Of a stretch of 64,000 nucleotides of DNA, positions 8,508 to 19,003 are shown piece after piece. The stretch covers positions 23,992-87,991 of the forward strand of contig JAWBZR010000001.1 of assembly GCA_044343545.1 (NCBI GenBank), given 5' to 3'. A model generated the notes under the pieces. That model searched no databases, was not told where the DNA came from, and saw only the letters and a list, made by a program, of their open reading frames with translations. The first letter of the stretch is position 1. Each line of letters opens with the position of its first letter. This DNA is from Candidatus Aenigmatarchaeota archaeon. Lineage in GTDB: Archaea > Aenigmatarchaeota > Aenigmatarchaeia > CG10238-14. The translations under genes were made by a program, and so were the position numbers.

Positions 8508-10604
8508 ATGACAAACAAATCAAAAAATTTCGAACTAATCATGGATTTCATAGTAATGGCTGCTATAATTTTATTTTTATTCAGCTACTTTAAACCTTCT
8601 CTCTTATTTTCAAACACAGTAATAAGTGCTGGCGATACAGTAGGGCATTACTATGGAACATACTATATGAATAAATATTTGATACCAAAATTCAAGTTAA
8701 TTGGTTGGAGTCAAGACTGGTTTTTAGGTTATCCTGCATTTCAATTTTACTTTCCTCTTGTTTTTTTTCTAACAGGATTGTTTGGTTATTTGATACCTAT
8801 AAACATTTCATTTAAAATAGGTACCGTCCTAGGTACTTTCATGCTTCCGATATGTACATATTTTTCTTTCAAGTTAATGAGATTGAAATTTCCTGCTCCA
8901 ATAATTGCGTCTTGTATAACCCTTCTACTTTTATTCGTCGAGAGAATAAATTCTGAACAAATATATTCCATGTGGGGAGGAAATATACCTAGTACATTAG
9001 CAGGTGAATTTTCTTATAGTTTTGCTCTTGCGCTATCAATATTATTTTTAGGTTTTTTTTATAACGGAATAAAAAATCAAAAAAACATAGTGTTGAATTC
9101 CATATTGCTCACTTTAATAATGTTGAGTCATTTCTTTTTATTCATTTTCAGCATAGCTTCAACACTCTTTTACTTGTTATTTCCAAAAAATTTCAAAAAA
9201 AATTTGATTTATCTGTTAAAGATTTATGGTTTGACTTTTCTTCTTTCAGGTTTTTGGCTTGTGCCAATGATTTGTAAAGTTTCTTACACTGTTCCACACA
9301 TATGGCTTCCACCAACATCTTTAAGCGAAATGATAGATATGATTATGCCAAAACCTTTTTTCTATTTTTATATTATTTCTTTATTTTCGACACTCATAAT
9401 CATAAGAGAAGATAAAGAAAGGTTGATTTTTGTATTCACAGCATTTTTTTCTTTATTTATGTTTTTAATTGCACCTAACTTGAATTTTTTGGGACTTCAC
9501 GGATTTGAACATCTGCAGCTAATAAAGTTTTTGCCAATGCTGTACATATCTGTTCTCTTAAATATGGCCATACCTTTCTCATTTTTAAAAAGCAAGTATA
9601 ATTTACTTCTCCCTGCATTCATTCTTCTAGTATGTGTATTTTGGGTGGAAAATCATGTAACATATATTGAATATTGGATAAGTTGGAACTATAATGGATA
9701 TGAAGACAAACCGTTGGGGCAAGAATATTATAATGTAAACGATTTTTTAGCTAGTCTTCCTTATGGGAGAGTAGCTTATGAGTATGATCCGAAAAAATAT
9801 GAAACCACTTTAGGTAGTTCGAGAGCTACTGAAACCATACCTATATTTTCTCAAAAACCCATTACTGAAGGTTGCCACTTTCAATCTTCTCTCAATGGAC
9901 CTTACATTTATAATGCACATTGCGAATATTCGATAGGTTGTTCGTGTTTGTTTGGTCATTTGACAGGTGGGTGTCCTTCTTTCGACATAGACAAGGGTAC
10001 AAATCATTTGAAACTTTTTGGAGTGAAATATTTTTTTGCTTCTTCTGAAAAAGTAAAATCTCTTCTAAGAGAAAGAGATGACTATAAACTTTTGTATGGT
10101 TCTGGAGAGTTTGAAATATGGGAAATAAAAGATAGCCGTATAATCGAAGTTCCAAAATATGAGCCCATAAATGTAAAGACAAATGATTGGAGAAAAATAT
10201 CCTACAAGTGGTTTGATTCGAACAAAACGAATATTCCACTTGTTTGGAATGGAAAAGATGAATTTAAGTATGAATTCGTCGAGCCGTCGATTGAAAGTTT
10301 ACCAGCAATAGAAATAAAAGATGATTGTAAAATAGAAAATGTTATCATAGAAAATGAAAAGATTTCTTTTGACACTAATTGTACAGGTAAACCTCATATA
10401 ATAAAAGTATCTTATTTTCCAAACTGGAAAGTAAAAGGAGCTAAAAAGATTTATATGGTCTCACCTGCATTTATGCTAATTTACCCAGAACAAAATCATA
10501 TAGAGCTTTATTATGGTTTCGTACTTTCAGATATAATTGGAATTTTTTTAAGCATTATTGCCATAATTATAATTGTATTTTTTAGAAAAAGGTTGAAACT
10601 ATGA
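8508..10604 (+). CDS. Polytopic membrane protein with large C-terminal soluble domain, GT-C-like putative glycosyltransferase
   Basis: 698 aa. At least 11 predicted TM helices in the N-terminal 400 aa, followed by a soluble domain and one C-terminal TM. The first loop carries AGDTVGHYYG...DWFLGYP acidic/aromatic motifs. No WWDYG motif was found, so AglB was not called. Confidence 0.45.
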   Translation: MTNKSKNFELIMDFIVMAAIILFLFSYFKPSLLFSNTVISAGDTVGHYYGTYYMNKYLIPKFKLIGWSQDWFLGYPAFQFYFPLVFFLTGLFGYLIPINISFKIGTVLGTFMLPICTYFSFKLMRLKFPAPIIASCITLLLLFVERINSEQIYSMWGGNIPSTLAGEFSYSFALALSILFLGFFYNGIKNQKNIVLNSILLTLIMLSHFFLFIFSIASTLFYLLFPKNFKKNLIYLLKIYGLTFLLSGFWLVPMICKVSYTVPHIWLPPTSLSEMIDMIMPKPFFYFYIISLFSTLIIIREDKERLIFVFTAFFSLFMFLIAPNLNFLGLHGFEHLQLIKFLPMLYISVLLNMAIPFSFLKSKYNLLLPAFILLVCVFWVENHVTYIEYWISWNYNGYEDKPLGQEYYNVNDFLASLPYGRVAYEYDPKKYETTLGSSRATETIPIFSQKPITEGCHFQSSLNGPYIYNAHCEYSIGCSCLFGHLTGGCPSFDIDKGTNHLKLFGVKYFFASSEKVKSLLRERDDYKLLYGSGEFEIWEIKDSRIIEVPKYEPINVKTNDWRKISYKWFDSNKTNIPLVWNGKDEFKYEFVEPSIESLPAIEIKDDCKIENVIIENEKISFDTNCTGKPHIIKVSYFPNWKVKGAKKIYMVSPAFMLIYPEQNHIELYYGFVLSDIIGIFLSIIAIIIIVFFRKRLKL

Positions 10605-12544
10605 AAAAAAATTATTTTTTGATTTTGTTTTTATTAATAACCTTAATAGCTGCATTTTTAAGACTTTATAAACTTGACAATAGACCAGCACATTTTGATG
10701 AAGGTGGGGGACATGCGATAGGTGTAAGAGAATTGTTGAAAAGTGGAGTGTATGTATATAATCCAGATTTTCATGGTCCATTCTTATATCACATTACGGC
10801 GCTTGTCTTCTATTTATTTGGAATGTCTGATATAACACTAAGAATAACACAAGCTATTTTCGGTATAGGTACTGTGGCAATTTTATTATTATTAAAAAAT
10901 TATGTAAAAAAAGAAACTATTTTAGCATTAGCCATATTATTAGCTTTTTCTCCGTCACTTGTTTATTATTCAAGGTTTGCCGTCCATGATTCTTATTTTG
11001 TATTTTTTACATTATCAACTATAATATTTCTTTTTTTATATGACAAGACAAGAGAGAATAAATATCTATATTTATTTTTTGCATCTTTAGCATTTCTTTT
11101 CACGGTCAAAGAAAACGCGTATATATTTTTAGGAAGTATATTATTTTACTTTTTTTTGGAATTTTTAATGGAGTTTTTTTCGAAAAAGGGCAGCTTGAAA
11201 AATAGATTGAAAAAAAATTCTTATTTTGTTTGGCTAAAAAATAATAAGGAAGGTATCTTGTTTGGAATATTGATATTTTTTGTCATATTTTCAACGCTAT
11301 ATACTTCGTTTTTTAGATACAACAAAAATCTAATCACTGCAATATTAGATCCTTTTAGACATTGGTTGCATAAAACAACAACGCAAACAGGTTTTTTCCA
11401 ACCACCCTCATTTTATTTGAGAATATTGGAAGAATATGATACTGCTATATTTGTATTAGGTGTAATAGGAATATTTACTCCTTTATTTTTTAATAACAAG
11501 TATACAAGATTTGCAGCAATATTCGCGGCAATAAACTTGATTTCATATTTGCTCATGCCTTACAAAGAGCCCAACAACGTTGTTCACATAGTATTGCCAC
11601 TTGCGATTTCTGCTGGTGTTTTAATAGAATATGTGAATGATGAATGGAGAAAAAACATTCTCTTATTTATTTTAGCTATATCAATATATAGTCTTTTCAT
11701 CACTTGGCAAACAAGTTTTGTTAAATATGCGGATGAAAAAAATTATCTAGTTTATGTTCAAACTGTTGATGATATAAAACCTATGTTGAAAATGGTGAAA
11801 GAAATAACAAGTAAAAAAGGAAATAACATTTCTATAGTTGTTAATATACCTGAAACAGAATATCCTCTTTCTTGGTATTTTAGAGATTATACTAATGTTT
11901 TCTATTTTTCCGAATCAATTGGCCCAAGAGAATGGAAAAATATAAAATGGTTTGGTGATGGAAAGGCTATATGGGACGATAAAGAAGCTTTTAAAGGAAA
12001 GATGAGTGCGAAGATAGATGGAGGAAGTGGTACAGATGGTGAATGGAGGCAAAGAATAGAGATACCGGGTGAAGGATATTATAATTTATCTGGTTGGATA
12101 AAAACTAAAAATCTTGAAAAAATAGATGCATGGAAATATGGAATGATGTATATAAGGACAGACAAAAATAATGAACCTGATAAAATAATTGCAGAAACTC
12201 AAAGTTTGGTTGGAACAAACAATTGGACTTTTGTATCTACAAGATTTTATGTCGAATCTGGAAACAATGTTTTATGGCTTACTTTGCCTATAGGAAATTG
12301 GGGAAAAGCAAAAGGTGAAATATGGTTTGATGAAATTTCACTCATAAAAGAAGGTGAAAACATAAACTTAATAAAGAATCCAAGTTTTGAAGAAGGAAAA
12401 ACTATAAAAGATTATTCTTATGCTGAAATAATTATTGTCTCGGAAAGTACAGGTTTGGGTTACGGAAATATGGAAGGATATAACGTTAGTAGATATGTGT
12501 TAAGGCCTGGTGTTAATTTAGCTGTTTACGTGAAAAGTAATTGA
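10601..12544 (+). CDS. GT-C glycosyltransferase of the PMT/ArnT (GT39/GT83) type fused to a C-terminal CBM-like beta domain
   Basis: The N-terminus LRLYKLDNRPAHFDEGGGHAIGVRELLKSG...HGPFLYH matches the PMT_2/ArnT signature loop. About 9 TM helices. The C-terminal 250 aa soluble region has CBM4/9-like features (NPSFEEG, WG repeats). Confidence 0.6.
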   Translation: MKKNYFLILFLLITLIAAFLRLYKLDNRPAHFDEGGGHAIGVRELLKSGVYVYNPDFHGPFLYHITALVFYLFGMSDITLRITQAIFGIGTVAILLLLKNYVKKETILALAILLAFSPSLVYYSRFAVHDSYFVFFTLSTIIFLFLYDKTRENKYLYLFFASLAFLFTVKENAYIFLGSILFYFFLEFLMEFFSKKGSLKNRLKKNSYFVWLKNNKEGILFGILIFFVIFSTLYTSFFRYNKNLITAILDPFRHWLHKTTTQTGFFQPPSFYLRILEEYDTAIFVLGVIGIFTPLFFNNKYTRFAAIFAAINLISYLLMPYKEPNNVVHIVLPLAISAGVLIEYVNDEWRKNILLFILAISIYSLFITWQTSFVKYADEKNYLVYVQTVDDIKPMLKMVKEITSKKGNNISIVVNIPETEYPLSWYFRDYTNVFYFSESIGPREWKNIKWFGDGKAIWDDKEAFKGKMSAKIDGGSGTDGEWRQRIEIPGEGYYNLSGWIKTKNLEKIDAWKYGMMYIRTDKNNEPDKIIAETQSLVGTNNWTFVSTRFYVESGNNVLWLTLPIGNWGKAKGEIWFDEISLIKEGENINLIKNPSFEEGKTIKDYSYAEIIIVSESTGLGYGNMEGYNVSRYVLRPGVNLAVYVKSN

Positions 12545-12550
12545 ATAAGA

Positions 12551-12775
12551 TTAATTTTCCATTAAATTTATTTCATAAACCCAAGCTTCTACATTATTTG
12601 ATTTTGTATAAAAAATCTTTTTTAAAGCATGTTTTTCATTAATATTAGATTCTATATTTGCTTTATGAGTGATGCAAATATATTTTTTGTTGGGATCTAA
12701 ACTAGAAATTTGATTATACTCAAGCATAGAACCAGTGTTTTTATCTATATCCAAAAAATGACTTGAATATAACAA
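12551..12775 (-). CDS. Hypothetical small protein (74 aa)
   Basis: ORF only. No recognisable motif. It lies between convergent gene blocks. Confidence 0.2.
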   Translation of the reverse strand: MLYSSHFLDIDKNTGSMLEYNQISSLDPNKKYICITHKANIESNINEKHALKKIFYTKSNNVEAWVYEINLMEN

Positions 12776-13138
12776 AACGAGAATGAAAATAATTAAATAT
12801 GTTTTGCAGATGTTGTGAAATAAATAAATAAGAAAGGATAAAGAACCAATGTATATTTATCATCAACTATATGATAATGAAGAATAAAAAGGCTGGTAAA
12901 AAACAAAAATTTTTGTTATCTTTTCGAATTTATTTTTAAAAATTAAAATTTATTGAGATATAAAAGATATGCCATCTCAAAAAGGTATATTAATGAATTT
13001 TATTTGAAAACTAAAGTTTAAGAAAAGCAAAATGAAAAAACAACAAAACCATTTTTAAATTTAATTATATTTTTAGATTAATAATTTTTGCTCAAACCTT
13101 CAAAACTCTATGCAAGCAGTTGTTATTTTTCCTAATTG

Positions 13139-15199
13139 TTATTTAGTTTTAAATATAAAATATCCATCAAAACTGTATACAGGTTTGCCAAATTTTGTCA
13201 AATTAGCGTTAGGATATTTTGATCTTTCAACTGAACCAAAAAATACATAACTTATGTTATATTTTTCTATTATCTCCTTTGCTACTTTTTCGTCATTGGT
13301 TTCATAAATAATTTTTATATCTCTAATTCTTTCATCTGGCCACATATTGTGATGTATTCCTATATGATTGGTCCATCCGACAAGAGTCTGAAAACCTGTA
13401 TAAGATGAAAATATAGAACTATATGTATAAGCATCTCCCGAAGCTTCCAAAATTATATCGTCGTCATTTATGTTTGAGTTTGCCCATTCCAACAATTTAT
13501 AATCACCTAAACGATATTTTTTCATGTACATCAATCCATCAAGAGAGAAACCTTCACTTAAACCTTGATTAAATCTGTCTATTAAAGAAAATATTGTCAT
13601 AGGTAAACAAATCAATATCAATATAAATAAAATTGATAAAAATATTTTGTCAGTTTTTAGCTCGTACACTATTAAAGCAGTTGAAATTGACCAAAAAATC
13701 CATATGTTATAATAAAATTTAAACACAGTGTTATATCTTGAATCTATAAAGAATATTTCTGGAAATAGCATAACGCATATGCCGAAACAAACTAAAATAT
13801 GAAGAAATGTTTGGTTTTTATGTTCTACAAGTTTTTTCATGGATAAAAATAATAATGGAAAGAGAAGTAAAACAAGTTGAATTTGGGAAATTAAATACAA
13901 GACAAGTGAAACCAAAAACAAAAAGAATATTTTATATGGGTTTTTTTCATCTTTCAGATAATAGTAATATAATGAAAATATGAAAACAGGGAACAGTATT
14001 AATTCTTGAAATATGTTACTTCTTTCTTTCACAAAACCAAAATCGACTTTCTTCTTGACAGTTATTATGTAAGGTAAAGAAAACAACACAAAAAATGTTA
14101 TAATAACGAAAAAAGAAAAAATGAGTTGATTTTTCTTTACTTTTTTTTCAAAAAATAATATCAATAAAATTGTTTCAAGCAAAATGAAGTAAATTGGCAC
14201 GCTCCAAGAGCTTGTTATATATATTAAAGATAAAATGAGGGATGCTAAAATTATATAAATGATTTTGTATTCTTTTGAAACAAAAATTGAAAAAATCAAA
14301 GATATTAACAAAATTTGTAACGGCAAGGAAATTATGTGAGAGTGAACTTCACCAAACATCAAGTTTGCATAAGGAAACTCGTTTATGGTGTTTGGTATTA
14401 CCCTCGTGCTCGACCAAACAGGAAATCTCAACAAAAAGTTAATAAAATTTTGATACGGGTTATGACAACATGTCATTGAGTAAGTGATATCAAACGTTTT
14501 TCCAAAAAATTCAACTAATTTCGGATTTAAAAATGTGAGAATTTGCAAAAAACCTAAAAGATTTGAAAGAAAAATAAAAATAAAAATACCGAAATAACTA
14601 TATTTTGGCTTTCCTGTTATGTTGTAGAAAAGTGTGAATAGAGCAACTGACAAAAGAGAATAAATAGTTGATAAAAAAAGATTGAACGTAACAGTAGATG
14701 GTAAGAAAGACATTTTTGTTAAAGTGGCGACAGTAAAATGTCCAAAATAATAATAATTAATCGTATATCCTGCAAGCCAAGGATCTCTTGGAGGCATTTT
14801 TTTGCTTTTCAAAATCCCATTTATTAAAGAAATATCGAACAACTTTTCCAAACCTTCAACGGCTGGTGTAAATGATCTTATGAATGTGAAAATCATAAAA
14901 GACAATAAAAAAATTATCTCGACTTTTTTTACTGTCTTTTTGTCAAAAACAATTTTCGTTTTTTTTGATATGTAAAAATTCAAAGCAGAAAAAATGACAA
15001 TCGATGCCATTAGGCTATAGTTATATGGGATAAAAAAACTCATATACCATGTGAGAAATGAAAGGAAGAAAATGGAGATTATTTTTGAAAAACCATACCC
15101 TTTATCTCTTAAATTCGAAAACATTAATGTCGTTAATGGAAGAAAAATAAAACTTAAAATTTCCAACAAAAAAAACCATAATATCATTTCTACTATCAT
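13139..15199 (-). CDS. Large polytopic membrane protein, DUF2298/YYY-like putative membrane glycosyltransferase
   Basis: 686 aa with more than 12 predicted TM helices. A C-terminal soluble domain (…HIGIHHNMWPDERIRDIKIIYETND…) follows. Its stop overlaps the GT2 start at 15196-15199. Confidence 0.45.
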   Translation of the reverse strand: MIVEMILWFFLLEILSFIFLPLTTLMFSNLRDKGYGFSKIISIFFLSFLTWYMSFFIPYNYSLMASIVIFSALNFYISKKTKIVFDKKTVKKVEIIFLLSFMIFTFIRSFTPAVEGLEKLFDISLINGILKSKKMPPRDPWLAGYTINYYYFGHFTVATLTKMSFLPSTVTFNLFLSTIYSLLSVALFTLFYNITGKPKYSYFGIFIFIFLSNLLGFLQILTFLNPKLVEFFGKTFDITYSMTCCHNPYQNFINFLLRFPVWSSTRVIPNTINEFPYANLMFGEVHSHIISLPLQILLISLIFSIFVSKEYKIIYIILASLILSLIYITSSWSVPIYFILLETILLILFFEKKVKKNQLIFSFFVIITFFVLFSLPYIITVKKKVDFGFVKERSNIFQELILFPVFIFSLYYYYLKDEKNPYKIFFLFLVSLVLYLISQIQLVLLLFPLLFLSMKKLVEHKNQTFLHILVCFGICVMLFPEIFFIDSRYNTVFKFYYNIWIFWSISTALIVYELKTDKIFLSILFILILICLPMTIFSLIDRFNQGLSEGFSLDGLMYMKKYRLGDYKLLEWANSNINDDDIILEASGDAYTYSSIFSSYTGFQTLVGWTNHIGIHHNMWPDERIRDIKIIYETNDEKVAKEIIEKYNISYVFFGSVERSKYPNANLTKFGKPVYSFDGYFIFKTK

Positions 15200-15894
15200 C
15201 TTTTCAATTCTCTCCTCAATCTAAAAATGTTTCTTATATAATTTACTACCGTCTTTTTTATATTAACTGTACTCCCCTTATCTTCTATCCATTTCACAGG
15301 TATTTCTTTGAGCTTATATCCGTATTTGTCTGCCTTTACTATTAATTCTGTATCAAAAAACCATTCATTATCTTTTATCTTTGGTATAAGCTCCTTCACT
15401 ATTTTTCTATTCACAGCTTTAAAACCGCATTGATAATCATTATATTTTGTTCCCAAAAACATCTTTACAAGAAATACATAGCCTTTTGAAAGAATGTCCC
15501 TTTTTAATGACCTTTTTAGTATGGAACCTTCTGAATGTCTTGAACCAAAAGCAACATCATAACCTTGCTCGATGGCATCAGTCAATTCCTTTAAATGTTT
15601 TAAATCGGTAGACAAATCAATATCCATATAACACATTATGTCAGCATCTGTATGTTGCCAAGCAGCTTTAAGAGCCCTTCCTCTACCTTTCTGTGGAAGG
15701 TGTATATACTTCACTTTCTCGTATGTCTTTGACAGCCTCTTAGCTATCTCTAGAGTTCTGTCGGTCGATGCGTTGTCCGCAATCAATATTTCAAAATCTT
15801 TGTAGTTCCTTTCACAAATTTCAAGAACTTTTTTAACACTACTCTCAAGCTGCTCTTCTTCATTATACACCGGCAAAGTCACACAAACTTTCAT
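15196..15894 (-). CDS. GT2 family polyprenyl-phosphate glycosyltransferase (Dpm1/ArnC/AglJ-like)
   Basis: VTLPVYNEEEQLESSV...ILIADNASTDRT...YMDIDLSTD is the classic GT-A fold DXD/DAD arrangement of dolichyl-phosphate sugar synthases. Confidence 0.8.
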   Translation of the reverse strand: MKVCVTLPVYNEEEQLESSVKKVLEICERNYKDFEILIADNASTDRTLEIAKRLSKTYEKVKYIHLPQKGRGRALKAAWQHTDADIMCYMDIDLSTDLKHLKELTDAIEQGYDVAFGSRHSEGSILKRSLKRDILSKGYVFLVKMFLGTKYNDYQCGFKAVNRKIVKELIPKIKDNEWFFDTELIVKADKYGYKLKEIPVKWIEDKGSTVNIKKTVVNYIRNIFRLRRELKR

Positions 15895-15925
15895 CTTCTC
15901 AAATTTTATATAAAAAAGAAAATCT

Positions 15926-17215
15926 TTAATCTTTTACATATTTGCTTACTCTTTGTGCTATTTCTTTACCCATTTTTATGGCCAAATTGACAGACCTTTC
16001 TGGATACATGTTGAATTGTCCTCCTATAAAGAAACCTTGCAACGGTGTTTCATAACCAAGAAAGTTCTTTTTAAAACCTTTTTTGTAAATTACGCCAGAA
16101 TCGAAACCTCTGAATATTTTATACCAGTTAACATCACCTTTACTTATTTGGGGAAAAAGTTTTTTCATTTCATAGAAATAATTTTCCCATATTTCTTCAT
16201 CACTTTGCTTCCAAACCTCAGAATCTTCATCAGGATATTGTGCCAAGTAAATTATGTGACCATCATATAGCTCCTTAGGTTGAAAATTTGTATGTTCTAT
16301 TATAGCACCTATTTTAGAATCTTTCGCTATGTTAATCCAATAGTATCTTGATAAGCTTTTTTTCAAACTGACTAAAATGCAAAGTGAATGTTGATATTCT
16401 ATTTTTTTGATTTTTCTATCGAACTTTTCATCAAATAATTTATACTTTCGTAGCAAACCTAGTGGAATTGTTGATATCACAGCTTTTGCTTCTAAAATTT
16501 CACCATTAACTGTGAGCTCAAAATCTTGCTTTTTTTCTATTTTTTCCAAGTTTGCGTTAACGATTATTTTCGCGCCCATTTTTCTTATCTCTTTCTCTAA
16601 TGCATCTACAAGTATCTTGCAACTTCCTTTCAAATATGCCAATTTTTCTCCCTTCAAGCTTCGCTTACTTCTCATATTTATTCTCTCTATGAGCCAAGAA
16701 GCGGATATTTCTGTTGCTTTCTTGCCGAACTTGCTCTTTAACAATGGCTCAAACATCTTTTTATACAAACTCTTACTTGAATTTGATATTATCCAATCCT
16801 TCGCTGAAATGTGATCTAATTTTTCATTATTTTTGCTGAATTTTATCTTCAACATAAGCCAAATAAATTGAATTTTCTCTTTTAATGTGAGAGGCTTGAA
16901 ACTGAAAATATGATGAGGAGAAGATAATTCATAAATTCCTTCATCAAATAAAAATGCTGTAGAGGCGTAATTCCATTCTAAGTTTTTATCAATTTTTAAT
17001 TCTTTCAATTTTTCAAACAAGTGATTATCGCTCGTAAAAAAATGATGATAGTATGTTTCGACATAACCTTTACCTGCTTTTATAGTTTGCAAAAAACCTC
17101 CAAGGTAATTATTTTTTTCTATGATAACTATTTTTAATTTATTTTTTACCAATTCATGAGCTGCTGTCAAACCTAATATTCCACCGCCTATTATAGCAAC
17201 ATCGAATTTTTGCAT
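15926..17215 (-). CDS. FAD-dependent oxidoreductase, UDP-galactopyranose mutase-like
   Basis: The N-terminal Rossmann segment FDVAIIGGGILGLTAAHEL is followed by EKNNYLGG. YVETYYHHFFTSDNHLFEKL resembles the Glf motif HIFHTNDKYIWDY. Confidence 0.45.
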   Translation of the reverse strand: MQKFDVAIIGGGILGLTAAHELVKNKLKIVIIEKNNYLGGFLQTIKAGKGYVETYYHHFFTSDNHLFEKLKELKIDKNLEWNYASTAFLFDEGIYELSSPHHIFSFKPLTLKEKIQFIWLMLKIKFSKNNEKLDHISAKDWIISNSSKSLYKKMFEPLLKSKFGKKATEISASWLIERINMRSKRSLKGEKLAYLKGSCKILVDALEKEIRKMGAKIIVNANLEKIEKKQDFELTVNGEILEAKAVISTIPLGLLRKYKLFDEKFDRKIKKIEYQHSLCILVSLKKSLSRYYWINIAKDSKIGAIIEHTNFQPKELYDGHIIYLAQYPDEDSEVWKQSDEEIWENYFYEMKKLFPQISKGDVNWYKIFRGFDSGVIYKKGFKKNFLGYETPLQGFFIGGQFNMYPERSVNLAIKMGKEIAQRVSKYVKD

Positions 17216-17246
17216 AAAATCATTATAAAAAATATAAATTTATAAC

Positions 17247-17768
17247 TCACTCGAACTCTATTTCTATGAACTTGTTAAAAACATCGTAAAAAACTTGCTT
17301 GAAAAACTCTGGACTCAATTTAAGCAAATTTTTTTCCATTAATGGCATTTTAACTTTGAAAATTTCTTTTTCTCCATCGAAAACAACATTTATGCCTTTT
17401 ATATTTGAGGGAGAAAGAACATCTTTAATGAAATCATTTATATCCGACTCATCAGAAACTATTCTAACATCGGTATTTAATTTTTTTTCTATTTTTTTAG
17501 CAATTATACCGTTTTTTCCTATAATTTTTCCAACATCATTTTTTCCACAAACTATTATTGTAAATTTACTATCTGAAAAAACTCTCTTTATTTTTGCGTC
17601 TTTTATGTGCTTTTCTACCCTTAAAGCGTTATTGATTTTCTTATACATTTCTATTTCTGCTTTGTCAATATTCGCATTTAGATTGTTCTTACAGCTATCA
17701 CAAATATCTATATTTTTCAAACATTTGCTACAAACGGGGAATATCATAATAATCAAAATGAAATACAA
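17247..17768 (-). CDS. KH-domain RNA-binding protein with N-terminal Cys4 zinc ribbon
   Basis: CSKC...CDSC zinc ribbon. The KH GXXG motifs are VGKIIGKNGIIAKKIEKKL and a second KH-like region. Possibly aDim2/Pno1-like. Confidence 0.4.
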   Translation of the reverse strand: MYFILIIMIFPVCSKCLKNIDICDSCKNNLNANIDKAEIEMYKKINNALRVEKHIKDAKIKRVFSDSKFTIIVCGKNDVGKIIGKNGIIAKKIEKKLNTDVRIVSDESDINDFIKDVLSPSNIKGINVVFDGEKEIFKVKMPLMEKNLLKLSPEFFKQVFYDVFNKFIEIEFE

Positions 17769-17799
17769 TAATAAAAAACTTAAATCTTAATCTATTTTC

Positions 17800-18957
17800 A
17801 TGGAAATTGGTTTAATTGGCAAACCCTCAAGCGGTAAAAGTAGTTTTTTTAAAGCAGCTACAATGATTGATGTACCAATTGATGAGAGACCTTTCACTAC
17901 AATAAAACCTAATGTTGGAATAGCTTATGTAACGGTTGAATGTGTTGAAAAAGAATTTAACTTGAAATGTCAACCGAGATATGGCAAGTGTGAAAATGGA
18001 ATAAGATATATACCAGTGAAAATTTGGGATATAGCTGGTTTGGTTCCAAATGCCCATGAGGGTAGAGGTTTGGGTTTAAAATTTCTTGATGATATAAGGC
18101 AGGCATCGGTTTTAATTCACATAGTTGATGTTTCTGGCAAAACAGATGAGGAAGGTCGACCAACACATGATCACGATCCTGTGAAAGATGTAGAATTTGT
18201 AGAAAAGGAAATAGATGAATGGTTTAAAGGAATAATAGAAAAAGTTGTAGAAAAGTATAAATCGAAAATTAAAAGCGAAAAAATGGATATTTCACAATTA
18301 CTTTTTGAACAGCTCTCAGGTTTAGGGGTCAAAAAAATTCACATAGATAAATGCATGGAATATTTTGATTTTGACAATATTGAAAAATTTTCAACAAATT
18401 TAAGAAAAATTTCCAAACCAATGTTAATAGCTGCAAATAAAATTGACATTGATGATGCTGAAAGAAATTTTAGAAAATTAAAAGAAAAATTTGATGATCA
18501 TATAATAATTCCTGTATCTGCTTTATTTGAAATAGCTTTAAAAACGGCCCATGAAAAGGGTTTGATAAAATATGATGGAAAAAATTTTGAAATAAAAAGT
18601 GATTTAACTCCTAAACAAAAAGAATGTCTTGATATGATAAAAGAAAAGGTTATTGAAAAATATGGAAGCACGGGAGTGCAAGAATGCATAAATAAAGCCG
18701 TTTTTGACTTGTTAAAAAAAATTGTTGTTTATCCTGTAGCGGATGCAAACAAACTTACAGACAACAAAAAAAATGTTTTACCAGATGCTTATTTGATAGA
18801 TGAGGAAACGTTACTGAAAGATTTTGCATATATTTTGCATAGTGATATAGGTAAGAATTTCATTTGTGGCATAGATGCGAGAAGTAAGAAAAAACTTTCT
18901 GCAGATTATAAGCTAAAAAATAACGATATTATTGAAATAATGTTTAATAAAAGATAG
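17800..18957 (+). CDS. Obg/DRG-family GTPase with C-terminal TGS domain
   Basis: G1 is GKPSSGKSSFF and G3 is DIAGLV. The NKID motif is present. The C-terminal TGS-like segment ends in ...NNDIIEIMF. Confidence 0.7.
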   Translation: MEIGLIGKPSSGKSSFFKAATMIDVPIDERPFTTIKPNVGIAYVTVECVEKEFNLKCQPRYGKCENGIRYIPVKIWDIAGLVPNAHEGRGLGLKFLDDIRQASVLIHIVDVSGKTDEEGRPTHDHDPVKDVEFVEKEIDEWFKGIIEKVVEKYKSKIKSEKMDISQLLFEQLSGLGVKKIHIDKCMEYFDFDNIEKFSTNLRKISKPMLIAANKIDIDDAERNFRKLKEKFDDHIIIPVSALFEIALKTAHEKGLIKYDGKNFEIKSDLTPKQKECLDMIKEKVIEKYGSTGVQECINKAVFDLLKKIVVYPVADANKLTDNKKNVLPDAYLIDEETLLKDFAYILHSDIGKNFICGIDARSKKKLSADYKLKNNDIIEIMFNKR

Positions 18958-19003
18958 TCGATAACAAATAATATTGTTAAAAATATAAATATGCTATGTA
19001 ATT

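Noticed and set aside
8508-10604. Oligosaccharyltransferase AglB assignment for the 698-aa membrane protein
   Set aside because: No WWDYG motif. WISWNYNGY is only a loose resemblance, and the first-loop motifs differ. It is kept as a generic GT-C-like protein.
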